Shown here piece after piece: positions 1 to 9,114 of a DNA stretch of 13,158 nt; position 1 is the stretch's first letter; every line of letters starts with the position of its first letter. The notes below the pieces were generated by a model, which was not told where the DNA came from, ran no database searches, and saw nothing but the letters and a program-made list of their open reading frames with translations. The translations under genes and the position numbers were made by a program. Source of the DNA: Azolla caroliniana (Eukaryota; Plantae; Polypodiophyta); assembly GCA_043228905.1 (NCBI GenBank), contig JBHGNT010000989.1, forward strand, positions 1-13,158, in the 5' to 3' direction.

Positions 1-604
1 ACTCAGAGGTGTAAGGTTCGAATCGTTACTTGCCCTCCTTGTATATGTATATATATTTATATATTTATTTATCTAGTCACTGGACGCTGGTTCGCCGGAT
101 GTCGTCGTCTCACCGGTGCCGAATGTCGTCACCTCATCGTCGTCGGTTGCCGCCGGATACCGGTGCCTCGCCGGATGTCGTCGTCTCACCGGCGCCGGAT
201 GCCGACGGATTGCTGTCGGATGCCAGTGTCTCACTGGCACCGGATGCCGCCGGTGTGCCGCCGGATCACCGGCTCCATCGTCGTTCTGGTTTTGGTTGGC
301 CAAAACCCTTCACGAGTAGCTAGCCCACCTCCACTCTTAGTTCAAGTTACCTTGAACTCTCTATGCTCCACACATAGACACAATGATAATATCTTTTGCT
401 CTACCTTATATATGATGAGAGCCGTATTTGTCGTGCCTATGTGGGATATCTCACAATTTTCTCTTTTCCTTTCACAAACTTTATACCCTCATATCTTGAC
501 ATTTAGTTGTCCGTTTCTCGTGTAATAAAGTGCATTCGAAACCTCCATCATTTTGTACTTAGATATTAAATTTATTTAAAATGTAAGTCGGGATTTATCC
601 CACA
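1..604 (-). mobile_element. LTR (partial) of a Ty3/gypsy family related to element C (element A)
   Basis: 338-530 is visibly homologous to the AT-rich LTR segment at 1874-2070/9049-9245 (caagttaccttgaactctctatgctccacacat vs caagtcaccttgaacattctatgctccacacat; ccttatatat; tatgtgggatatctcaca; caaacttta). The minus strand begins TGTGGGAT at 604. TATATAA at 412-406 and AATAAA at 69-64 on the minus strand. Confidence 0.75.
93..275. repeat. GC-rich degenerate tandem array (ccggatgtcgtcgtctcaccgg-like units) inside LTR A
   Basis: ccggatgtcgtcgtctcaccgg occurs at about 95 and 171, with degenerate ccggatgccg variants between and after; perfect inverted repeat tgccagtg-tct-cactggca at 221-239. Confidence 0.8.
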
Positions 605-1210
605 TTGTAACGCATCCCTCTCCTTCTTCTATGAAAGGAAGGGAGGGTCCCTTGTAGAGGGGTTGCACATTTTGTGTTAGAGGGTATACCGTTAGTTTAG
701 GGTTAGGTAGTTTCTCTTAATCTTGCTTCGTTCTAGTGTTTCTTCTTGGTAGTTGCCTTTCTTCTTCTTCTTCTTCGTCGTGTGGGTGGAGAGTTCGTGT
801 CGGTTCTGGGTTTGCTTCTGCCCGGCCTCCTGTGCAAGACCCCATTCAGCGCGACAAGCCCGAGAGCTCCCCGATCGGCGGCTTGGCAGTAGACTGGCAT
901 TGTAACATACCCTACCTTGTTCTAGCTCGAAGCCGGGGTTGTATTCTTTCCCCTGTAATATACATACTTATATCTGTTTGTGCATATTGGTGTGTTTGGT
1001 GGTGTCGGGAGCACAACCCCTTTGATTCTTGTGCATAAGAGTCGGTGTCGCGCGCATGCTCTCCCTCTCCTTTGTCTCTCTCTCTCTCTCTCGTGTTCGG
1101 TTGCATCCGGGTCTTGTCCGGTGTCGGTTTTCTTGGCATCCCTTCTCTCCCTCGTCTGAGACCCCCTGTGGTCCCGCCCCTTCTTCACGCACGCGCGTAA
1201 TAACTCGACA
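605..1210 (+). mobile_element. LTR-like fragment of an unrelated retroelement (element B; 3' or solo LTR, 5' part missing)
   Basis: TATA-like context ctatgaaaggaagggagggtcccttgtagagggg near 629, T-rich tgtaa-containing R/U5-like sequence, and a terminus ...ataactcgaCA at 1210 exactly where the repeat array of LTR C starts. No PBS follows. No coding sequence is available to classify it. Confidence 0.5.
1074..1092. repeat. (CT)n microsatellite
   Basis: tctctctctctctctctc run seen directly. Confidence 0.85.
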
Positions 1211-1852
1211 CTGTACTGTGTACGCATCCGCACACGCGCGTCCTAACCGCGCCGTGTATGCATTTGCGTGCTCGTCCGCCCACAGACGTCCGTCCGAGCG
1301 TCCCACGAGGCCGTGCACGCGTACGCCCGAAACTTGCACGCGCGTACGTCCAAAAACATCCACACGGCTTTGCACATGCGTGTACGCTCGAAGCGTCCAC
1401 ACGTCGTAAACATCCACATGGCCGTGCACACACGCGTATGCCCGAAGCGTCCACATGGGCAAACGTCCAAAGCCCGAAGCGTCCACACGGTCGTGCACAC
1501 ATGCGTACGCCCAAAGCGTCCACAAGGCGCAAACATCCACACGATCGTGCACACGCGCATCCTGATCGTGCCGTGTACGCATCCGCACACGCATGTCTCG
1601 ACCGCGCCGGGTACGCATCTGCACGCTCGTCCGCACACACGCGTTCCGTCCGAGCTTCCCACAAGGCCGTGCACGTGTACACGTGTATGTCTGAAAACCT
1701 CCACACGATCGTCCACACGCCGAAAACGTCCACACGGTCGTGCACACATGCGTACGCCCGAAGCGTCCACAAGACGAAAACGTGCAAACACGTACGCCCA
1801 AAACATCCGTGACGCAAATGTCTACACGGTCGTGCACACGCGCATACCTCCA
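1211..1852. repeat. GC/CpG-rich degenerate tandem array in the 3' LTR of C
   Basis: Recurring gtgcacacatgcgtacgcccgaagcgtccacac and gtgtacgcatccgcacacgc motifs; higher-order repeat of about 355 bp (about 1218 vs 1573). Confidence 0.9.
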
Positions 1853-2179
1853 AAACGTGCACACCACACAATGTAGCCCAAGTCACCTTGAACATTCTGT
1901 GCTCCACACATTGATATAATGAATATGTTTTGGTTTCCATTATATATCTTGGGTTCCAATGTTGTCCTATGTATGTGTGATACCTCACAGTTTTGTCTTT
2001 TCTTTTTTTTTCTTCAAACTTTACACTCACATAACTTGATACTTGTTTATCCATTTTAGGCGTAGTAAAAGACATTATGAAGCTCTTGAAGACATCTATC
2101 TTTCCATATGAATACATTAAGGTAATCTTAAATAGTTCTTTTACTAGTTTTCATATCGTGTGTGAAAAACCACACGACA
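1211..2179 (-). repeat. 3' LTR of element C (truncated on the left by element B)
   Basis: 1853-2179 aligns without gaps to 9028-9354 (offset 7175; about 18 mismatches in 327 bp by eye). It begins TGTCGTG on the minus strand at 2179, directly after the PPT. Confidence 0.93.
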
Positions 2180-2191
2180 TTCACCCCCACC
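2180..2191 (-). other. Polypurine tract of element C
   Basis: Minus strand GGTGGGGGTGAA immediately precedes the TG of the 3' LTR. Confidence 0.8.
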
Positions 2192-2244
2192 AAACCTGCA
2201 CATCCACCGGTATGTGTCAATTGTGGTGAGGTTCCTCTTTTAAT

Positions 2245-3505
2245 TACTCTTTTTCAACCTCGATGTTCGAGGCTATATCATCCAGAGCTTCGATCTCAAG
2301 ATTTGGGGCCTCTCTTCTCTTAAAGATCTTGATTCTTTTTCTTGCAATTGGCAAAGCAAGTCAAGTTCCATCTAACTCCACTAAAAAATAGGTTGCATTG
2401 CTTTCTATTTTCTTGACCATATACGGGCCAAACCATCGTTTTGCGAACTTTCGAGCTGTGCTATATTGATTATCGAGACTACTATCATAGACAAGAACCC
2501 AATCTCCGTCTTCAATTTTTCTTTGTCGAAGACTATGCTTTCTATCAAAATTCTCCTTGTTCTTCAATTGAGCTTGGTGCAACCGTTCTATTGCCAACTC
2601 GACATCCTCGGGCCTCCGTTCTAGTTATTGAATCGTCGTGGCTAGCAAGTCTTCCCGACTCATTTCCTCTTGCCATGGCAAAGATGTCCACAAAGCAACA
2701 CTATGCTCAATAGGCATTATTGGTTTTTTCCCTAATATGAGTTCGGTCGGCATATATCCTGTAGTCGTGCTATGTGTAGTTCTATCAACCCACAATGCAT
2801 AAGGTAGTAATCGTGGCCAATTCTCCATCTTTCCGTCGCAAGCCTTTGCTAGAGCTTTTACAATCGGACTATGTCCTCGTTCCACCTTCCCATTTGCATC
2901 CGGGTTGTATGCCATGGTGAGCGATAGTTTGACGCATCTAAGTCTTTAGCTTCATTTGCATCTAATTCTCCCCTATCAGCTACTATTTTGCCAACACATC
3001 CGTATCGACAAATAACATCTTCAAGGAGAAACTTACAAACCACCGAAGTTGTTTTATTCCTTGGCGCCCGTCCTTCTACTTGGTTGGTGAGATCTTGTCT
3101 TGCTAGCACGAGATACTTCATTTGCCCCAATCCCATCGGCATAACCACTATGTCTACCAACCACTTATAGTGCATTGATAATGGATATGTCAGATGAAGT
3201 TCATCCCTATGTTGAATATTCGAGTATAATTGGCATTGCTCACATGTTTCAACATAGCTTGCTACATCTTTGTAAACACCCGGTCACCAATACTTCTCCT
3301 TGAGCTTTGCAAATGTTGCCCATATACCTCGATGACCTGCCCACACACTATCATGAAATTCAGCAATTAGTGTTTGTTGATCTTGTTTCTTGCACACCAC
3401 TTGAAGTGGAGTTCCATTCTTCTTCTTTAGAAACTTCCATAGATGTCCTTCTTTGAGGAATAACTTGTAGGACTTCTTTCTAATTCGGTAGAAGTTCACC
3501 CTCAT
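2245..3505 (-). pseudogene. Gypsy integrase (HHCC zinc finger, DDE core, GPY/F-type C-terminus), disrupted
   Basis: FHDSVWAGHRG...YVETCEQCQ; WLVDIV; ICRYGCVGKIVADRGE; AYNPDANGKVERGH; WFGPYMV. Split across the ORFs 3284-3505, 2858-3175, 2625-2915 and 2361-2597. Confidence 0.92.
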
Positions 3506-3609
3506 AATCTTCTACTTTAAACATGGCAAGCACTCGAGCACAAGAAACCATAAAGAAGTTTAGGCCAACATCTCCTTCATCGGAGTGCAAATTTTCTTCA
3601 CCCTCATAC

Positions 3610-3990
3610 CTTGCCCTTGATAACATATCGGCCACCACATTATGCTTCCCATTTATATGTCAAATCTCGGGGTTGAGGGACTTGATATAGGCAATCCATC
3701 GCAGCATAGCAATATCTGGTGTAGCACAACCGGATATCATTTCGAGAATAGGTAGACAATCAGTTTCGATTATGACCTTTGTTTTGATAAGGTAGTCACG
3801 ATCGGTTTTAACCGCAGATACTATTCCCCATAGCTCTCTCTTTACTTGGGCATACTTCCTTTGTCTTTCAATGAACACCTTTGCACCGAATCGGATTGCA
3901 TACCGATTCTTTTCTTTGTCTTCTTGGTTTATCACCCATCCAATTCCGGTTGGGCTCGTATCCACCGTCACATATATCGGGGTACCTTTG
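3610..3990 (-). pseudogene. Gypsy RNase H domain
   Basis: VTVDTSPTGIGWV...YAQVKRELWGIV...IETDCLPI...RWIAYI...GKHNVVADMLSR, with an in-frame stop at 3660-3662. Confidence 0.92.
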
Positions 3991-4019
3991 GTGTAGTCGG
4001 CTTTTCGCAGTGCCAGAGC

Positions 4020-5000
4020 TTCCAATAATAGTTTCTTTAGCTTTTGAACCGCGTAGGTATGCTCATCTTCCCATTCGAACTTCTTCCTTTTCTTTAGTAA
4101 TCCATACAATGGTTCAGCGACATGAGAATAATGTGGAATCCATATGTGATAGAATGCACATGCTCCCAAGAATCTTCGCACCTCTGTTTGAGACACACAT
4201 TCTTCTTTCATCTCTTGAATAGCCTTCACCTTGGATGGAGATGGCTTCCGTCCATCAGACCCACATAAGTGTCCTACTACCAATATTTATGGTTGACCGA
4301 ATGCAGACATCTCTCCCGAAAACATGAGATTTGCATCCTCAACCTTTTGCAACACCTTCTCGCTATCCTTTATATGATCAATGACGAATCTTCGGCAACT
4401 ATCTTCATATTTTTCTTCCACCAAGCATCCTTTGATTGGAATATCATCTAAGAAGGGCATTGTGATATCAGCGATACAATCCCTCAACACTTTGTTCATG
4501 GCATTCACCATGTGGGCTATGGAATTTGTTGCACCTTGGGGTAAGGTGCACATCCTTATCAACCCGATCGGCGTCCTCATTGTCGTTATTTCTCTACTAT
4601 CGACAACCAATTCAAATTGATCACAGCCCGAGTAGAGATCACCAATGGAGTAGATCGATCTTCCCGCGAAGGCTTCGGCAGATTCATCCACACTTGGACC
4701 AATTCCGGCATTTCGGATCGTCACCTTGTTGACAGGTTGGAGATCTTGAATAAAGCGTAAGGACCCATTCTTCTTCAGCACCGTTAACCATCTATTGGCG
4801 TAGGGAGAATTGAATGGCTCAAGTATTCCCATCCTAACCTTTTCCTTTAGAAGCTCAATCAACTTCGGAATGTGAGCTCTTGGAACCGATATCGGCTTGA
4901 GGTTCCAAGGTACATGCGGCACCGTAAAAATAACCATCGGCTCTATCATCTTCGGGTCGGCACATTCGATTTCTTGTAGAGAGAAGGCAAAGGCTTTCCA
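4020..5000 (-). pseudogene. Gypsy reverse transcriptase, disrupted
   Basis: KKNGSLRFIQDLQPVNKVT; DLYSGCDQ; LPQGATNS; PFLDDIPIKG (YXDD-equivalent); VRRFLGACAFY. Confidence 0.95.
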
Positions 5001-5553
5001 TGTCTCTCAAGCATTCCGTGGAACATTCTCTCCTCTTCAGGGAGAAGGAAATCTTCCCTTCCAACTTGTAGCTTTCCTTTCGTCTCTTTGGTGAAGACAT
5101 GACCTATTGCCTTTGGATCCCTTAAGCTTGGATCATTAGCAACTTCCTTCATCTTCTATCAGCTATCTTCCGGTAGCGAAACCGCAACTAGCTTGATCTT
5201 CTTATCCACCGTTTTATATTTTGAGTTGACTTCAGCTTCCTCCATCAAGATGCCTTGATGATATTCATCGATGATAGCATACATGTTGACGGAGTTAACC
5301 GAAATCACATATTGATCGTGAGGGTAGCTCAAGTCCACGACTTCCTCGATTTCGCCAATGGTGTTGTTAAATGAGGCTTCCTCTAGAATATGAGACACGA
5401 ATTCTTCTTCTTCAATTATGCTTTCCTCTTTCAGCATCTTCTCGAAGTCTTGTATCTGATGCTTGTCCTTCTTGTTGAGTAGTGTTAGTTTACATGCACC
5501 ACTAGGTGTCACACATGTTGCTTCTCCTTGCGATCCACTTATTTTGCTTCCTT

Positions 5554-5617
5554 GTGGGGACTTATGATTGCTCGGACTATTTGTGCCCCACGCTTCAATA
5601 GTCCACTCTAAATATCT
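5554..5617 (-). promoter_or_regulatory. Candidate -1 programmed ribosomal frameshift signal (degenerate slippery heptamer, spacer, H-type pseudoknot)
   Basis: A_GAT_ATT (5617-5611), TAG stop within a 6-nt spacer, stem 1 GGACTATT/AATAGTCC, stem 2 GTGGGG/CCCCAC. The downstream pol frame is -1 relative to the protease frame. Confidence 0.65.
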
Positions 5618-6147
5618 GAGGATTCGCCTCCAAGGCTATCTCGGTTCCTTTCGTGATTAGCCCGCACCGTAAGGAATTGAACAGATCTTTGATTGTCAAG
5701 GCTCTTGACTCGCACGAAGTCCGCTCCATTATCGAACACCTTAGTCTCCATCCGGGATGATGTGATATATGGTTGTCCTAGGATGATGGGATGTGAAGCC
5801 GAGTCTTGCACAAAGAAGTGTTGATCCATCTCCACAGCTCTGATCGTGACTTTAACATTGGGGCAAGCTCTGTACAGGTCTTCCGTGGCCTTCGTTGCTG
5901 CTCGTAACTTCTATCTGTGGTTTGTGTTGATCGGCCATCTTCCTTTCTTGTAGAATTCTGTCGACATGAGGTTGATCTCCGAACCATGGTCAATCAAGGC
6001 TACCATGGTCTCTTTCTTCTCTTTGATCTTCACCGGCGTCTCCATTGTCGCTCTTGCCCAATGAGGCCGAGAGTAATGGTTGTCCTCCATCACTTCTTCT
6101 TCCTCCTCCTCTTCCGATCTTGCCATGGTTATGGCACTTGTTTTCAC
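5608..6147 (-). pseudogene. Gypsy aspartic protease region, disrupted
   Basis: VALIDHGSEINLMS (IDHGSEIN at 5994-5971) and HPIILGQPY motifs; the frame ends VQFLTVRANHERN...SSDI* at 5608. Confidence 0.88.
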
Positions 6148-6149
6148 CT

Positions 6150-7792
6150 CCTCTTCATCCGATTGTTACCGCTTCCACTTAATCAAGTCCACGATAGTAT
6201 CGTGGAACTCCTTCTTAGTGATCCCAAGTAGCTCTCTCAAAGTAAGGTCGACATGACTATCTAAAACCTTCTCCTCAAGGACCTTCCGCAAGTTGGTTGT
6301 TTGTTCTATGTCCGACCTTAGCTTGTAAGTCGGCGCCGCTCATTCTTTTCCTTTCTTCACAAATTCATCGACATCCATCCAAGAAGTTCGGCTCGATCCA
6401 CCGGGCTTCATGCTTGTTTCTCCGATCTCTTTTCCTGGCGTAGGTTGGGCTTGTCCTTCTTTCCCTGCATTCCTCGTATTGTGACGCTTTGATGTGCCAT
6501 CTTCTTCACCGGTTCTTTTCCTCTTCTCTTCAACAAGAGCTTCATAGTTGTCACACACAACCTCCGCAAAGCTTGTGTTATCGTTGACTAGATCCTACCA
6601 TCCGGTAACTCGTCGCACATTCCGATCAGCATGTTTTAGATCCTCCAAATCTATTTTTCCTTTCTTTTCGCACTCGAATACCGTTGGCCAAAATCCAGCT
6701 CCCGGCTTTATCGTCTTTAGATTCTCTCTTCCAACTCGTATTCCCGCCGATGCGGCATAGTGCATAGCTTCTACATGCCTTACATCTTCCTCTTCCACGA
6801 TCTTTTTCAACCCTCCTCTTCCGAAGTTCACTTGTAGTGGCTTCCGGGTCTCGCTCGAATGAATCATGTTGTCGTCCAAATAGACGACGTTCTTGCGAAT
6901 CGCGTCTTGCAAGTCAATGCACTCCCTTCGCGATGCTCGAAGCTGTCACACCACAGACATCTATACGCTTCTTTTCCCTTGGACCCATGTTGACCTAAGT
7001 TGGCCAACGATACCACTTCAAACTTCTTGGAGAGCTCTTCGATTATGGATTCTTCCATCGCTTTCTTGTCAAAATTGTTGATCGGCTTGCAAGGCTCGAT
7101 CGTCATAGGCGTCTTCCTCCTCCACGATTGTGGATTCTCCATATCAGTTTCCTCTTGCCATTGTCGACACTTATTAAGACGGTTACAAGCCTTCTTCACT
7201 GTCGCCTAGTCCACTACCAAACCATTTGGTTGTGTTTTCTCCTCCAAAAAGTTGCCCAATTCTCGTCGATCTTTTGCATCCACTGCCTTTAGGAATAGTA
7301 GGACTTTATCTCCATCGAGAACTCATTGATCAACACTCGAAAGTCGGATGTACTTCTGGTCGAATTTGACATATACTCCAGACACACACATATTCTTCCC
7401 TTTCTTCTCGATCCAAGACATTAGCGTATGTCGAGTCATCCGTGATGCATCTTCAAGCATGTATTCAACGTGAAGCGTCTTTTCGAACTCGCCCAAGTTG
7501 CATGCTCATTTTGGATCTCCATGACGCACTCGCGGATCCCTGGTTCCACCACACGTTTGAAGCTAGAAATTTGTTTCAGATCATTGACATCCCTTTGTTG
7601 CATCTCGTTCCGATAGGTAGAAAGAAAATCCGTGATATTCTTGCCACCAAATCGTCCAGCTATCTCGATCGTACGATCAACAATTTTGTCGATTAAAGCT
7701 TCTCGATCTCTCACCTTCAACATGTATTCCACTACAGACACCATGCCTTTTGTTAATTCCTCTCCTAGAGTTCCGCTTGTGGAAGCCATCAT
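6150..7792 (-). pseudogene. Gypsy gag with CCHC zinc knuckle and a DUF4100-like C-terminal region, disrupted
   Basis: Starts MMASTSG about 30 bp after the PBS; RFGGKNITDFL. The knuckle CLWCDSFEH-x-RREC at 6959-6919 is broken by a 1-nt frameshift. YKLRSDIEQ...VLEEKVLD...LTLRELLGITKKEFHD resembles my recollection of DUF4100 (PF13352); not verified by search. Confidence 0.8.
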
Positions 7793-7820
7793 TGCACTTG
7801 ATATCCTCCCTACCGCCACT

Positions 7821-7838
7821 TTCACGTCGGGTTCACCA
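7821..7838 (-). other. Primer binding site complementary to the tRNA-Trp 3' end
   Basis: Minus strand TGGTGAACCCGACGTGAA is the complement of TTCACGTCGGGTTCACCA, the 3' 18 nt of plant cytosolic tRNA-Trp(CCA) as I recall it. Confidence 0.88.
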
Positions 7839-7980
7839 CTTAATTATGTCGTGAAAATCCGTCCCTATGTGCGGATCGCGAGGCGGAACTGCCGGGGTTC
7901 TGGACTAGAAGGAATTAGTGCAACATGTACAACACAAGCAAAATTCACATATAAGACGAGTAGATGAGAGAAAATGTTCA

Positions 7981-7986
7981 TTTATT
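7981..7986 (-). terminator. Putative polyadenylation signal AATAAA in LTR C
   Basis: tttatt on the plus strand, followed on the minus strand by T/GT-rich sequence, about 135 bp from the LTR end. Confidence 0.5.
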
Positions 7987-8227
7987 GCATAAGAAAATAT
8001 ATTCTTTTATAATTCAAGAATCTTGTTACAACGGGTTAGAGATGAAAATGAGAGATAAAAATTTTATAGAAAGGAGCCAACAACCATGTAAGGAGTGGTC
8101 CAATATGAATATGAGAGATTATTCTTCCCCAAGGAATGGGAGAGAGAAGAAGAGAGGAAAAGAAAACAATTAGTGGGAAAAAATGGGACATATATCGAGC
8201 TCTTTCTTGATCCTCCTTCCCAATGTT

Positions 8228-8338
8228 ACTTTGCATGTCCACTTTCAGTTGCATGGCCTCTACTTTTAGTTGCATGCTTCCATTTTTAGTTGCAAGCCTT
8301 TTACTTTTAGTTGCATGGCCTTAGCTTTTAGTTGCATC
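8228..8338. repeat. About 21-bp tandem repeat (cttttagttgcatggcc...), roughly 5-6 copies
   Basis: ttttagttgca recurs at 20-21 bp spacing; two more copies at 8697-8735. Confidence 0.85.
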
Positions 8339-9027
8339 CGACCATCCGTAAAATTCGGCCAAATGACTTAATCATCCATAAAGTTTAGCCCATGTGTAAT
8401 CCGTACGTGCGTCGCAACCAAACCGTAGACGCGTCCGTGTGCAAAAGTCCCGACCGCGCAGTGTACGCATCCACCCACGCGCGCGTCCCGAGCAAGCCGT
8501 GTACGCATCCGCGCGTCCATCTAAGCAAGCAGTGTACGCATCCGTGCGTCCGTTCGAGCAACCCACGAGGCTGTGCACGCGTATGCCCGAAGCGGCCAGA
8601 CAGTCGTGCACACATGCGTACACCCACACATCCGTGCGTCCGTCGGAGCGTCCCACGAGGCCGTGCACGCATATGCCCGAAGCGTCCACACTGCCTTTTA
8701 CTTTTAGTTGCATGGCCATGGCTTTTAGTTGCATCCGACCATCCGTAAAATTCGGCCAAATGACCTAATCATCCATAAAGTTTAGCCCGTGCATAATCCG
8801 TACGTGCGTCACAACCAAACCGTAGACGCGTCCATGCGCAAAAGTCCCGACCGCACAGTGTACGCATCCACGCACGCGCGTGTCCCGAGCAAGATATGTA
8901 CGCATCCGCGCGTCCGTCCGAGCATCCCACGAGGCCGTGCACACGCGCGTCCGTCCGAGTGTCCCACAATGCCGTGCACGCGTATGCCCGAAGCATCCAC
9001 ACGTCCATGCACACGTGTGTACGTTCG
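8296..9027. repeat. About 397-bp internal tandem duplication carrying GC-rich arrays in the 5' LTR
   Basis: gccttttacttttagttgcatggcc...catccgaccatccgtaaaattcggccaaatgac...gtgtacgcatcc starts at both 8296 and 8693. Confidence 0.9.
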
Positions 9028-9114
9028 AAACGTGCACACCACACAATGTAGCCCAAGTCACCTTGAACATTCTATGCTCCACACATTGATATAATGAATA
9101 TGTTTTGGTTTCCC

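Noticed and set aside
429-447. tgtcgtgcctatgtggg as the missing start of the left LTR of C
   Set aside because: It lies inside the block homologous to the U3 region, has no CCGTG TSD, and shows no continued similarity to 7847 onward.
30-525. ORFs over the ccggatgtcgtcg array (e.g. SGAGETTTSGE-like repeats)
   Set aside because: Low-complexity translations of an LTR tandem array, mostly non-ATG starts, with frame switching.
901-1210. Stand-alone 310-bp solo LTR (TGTAAC...CGACA)
   Set aside because: The flanks GGCAT and CTGTA do not form a TSD, and LTR-like sequence continues upstream to 605.
968-2117. Long overlapping ORFs (up to 310 aa) rich in R/V/C/H/T on both strands
   Set aside because: Artefacts of the stop-poor GC-rich LTR array; open in nearly all frames, with no domain motifs.
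2190-2360. Chromodomain or env-like ORF after integrase
   Set aside because: Only a short acidic tail and a brief UTR precede the PPT; no motif or room for either.
5608-5610. Stop-codon readthrough (MuLV-like) instead of frameshift
   Set aside because: The zero frame meets TAA about 23 codons later, and the pol-like sequence continues in the -1 frame.
7821-7838. tRNA-Trp gene
   Set aside because: Only the 3' 18 nt including CCA are present, next to an LTR; this is a PBS.
8228-9027. CRISPR-like repeat/spacer appearance
   Set aside because: Units are degenerate and contiguous without unique spacers; there are no cas genes and the context is a eukaryotic LTR.
8372-9094. Multiple 70-125 aa ORFs in the 5' LTR
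   Set aside because: Same repeat-derived artefact; not colinear between the two LTRs.
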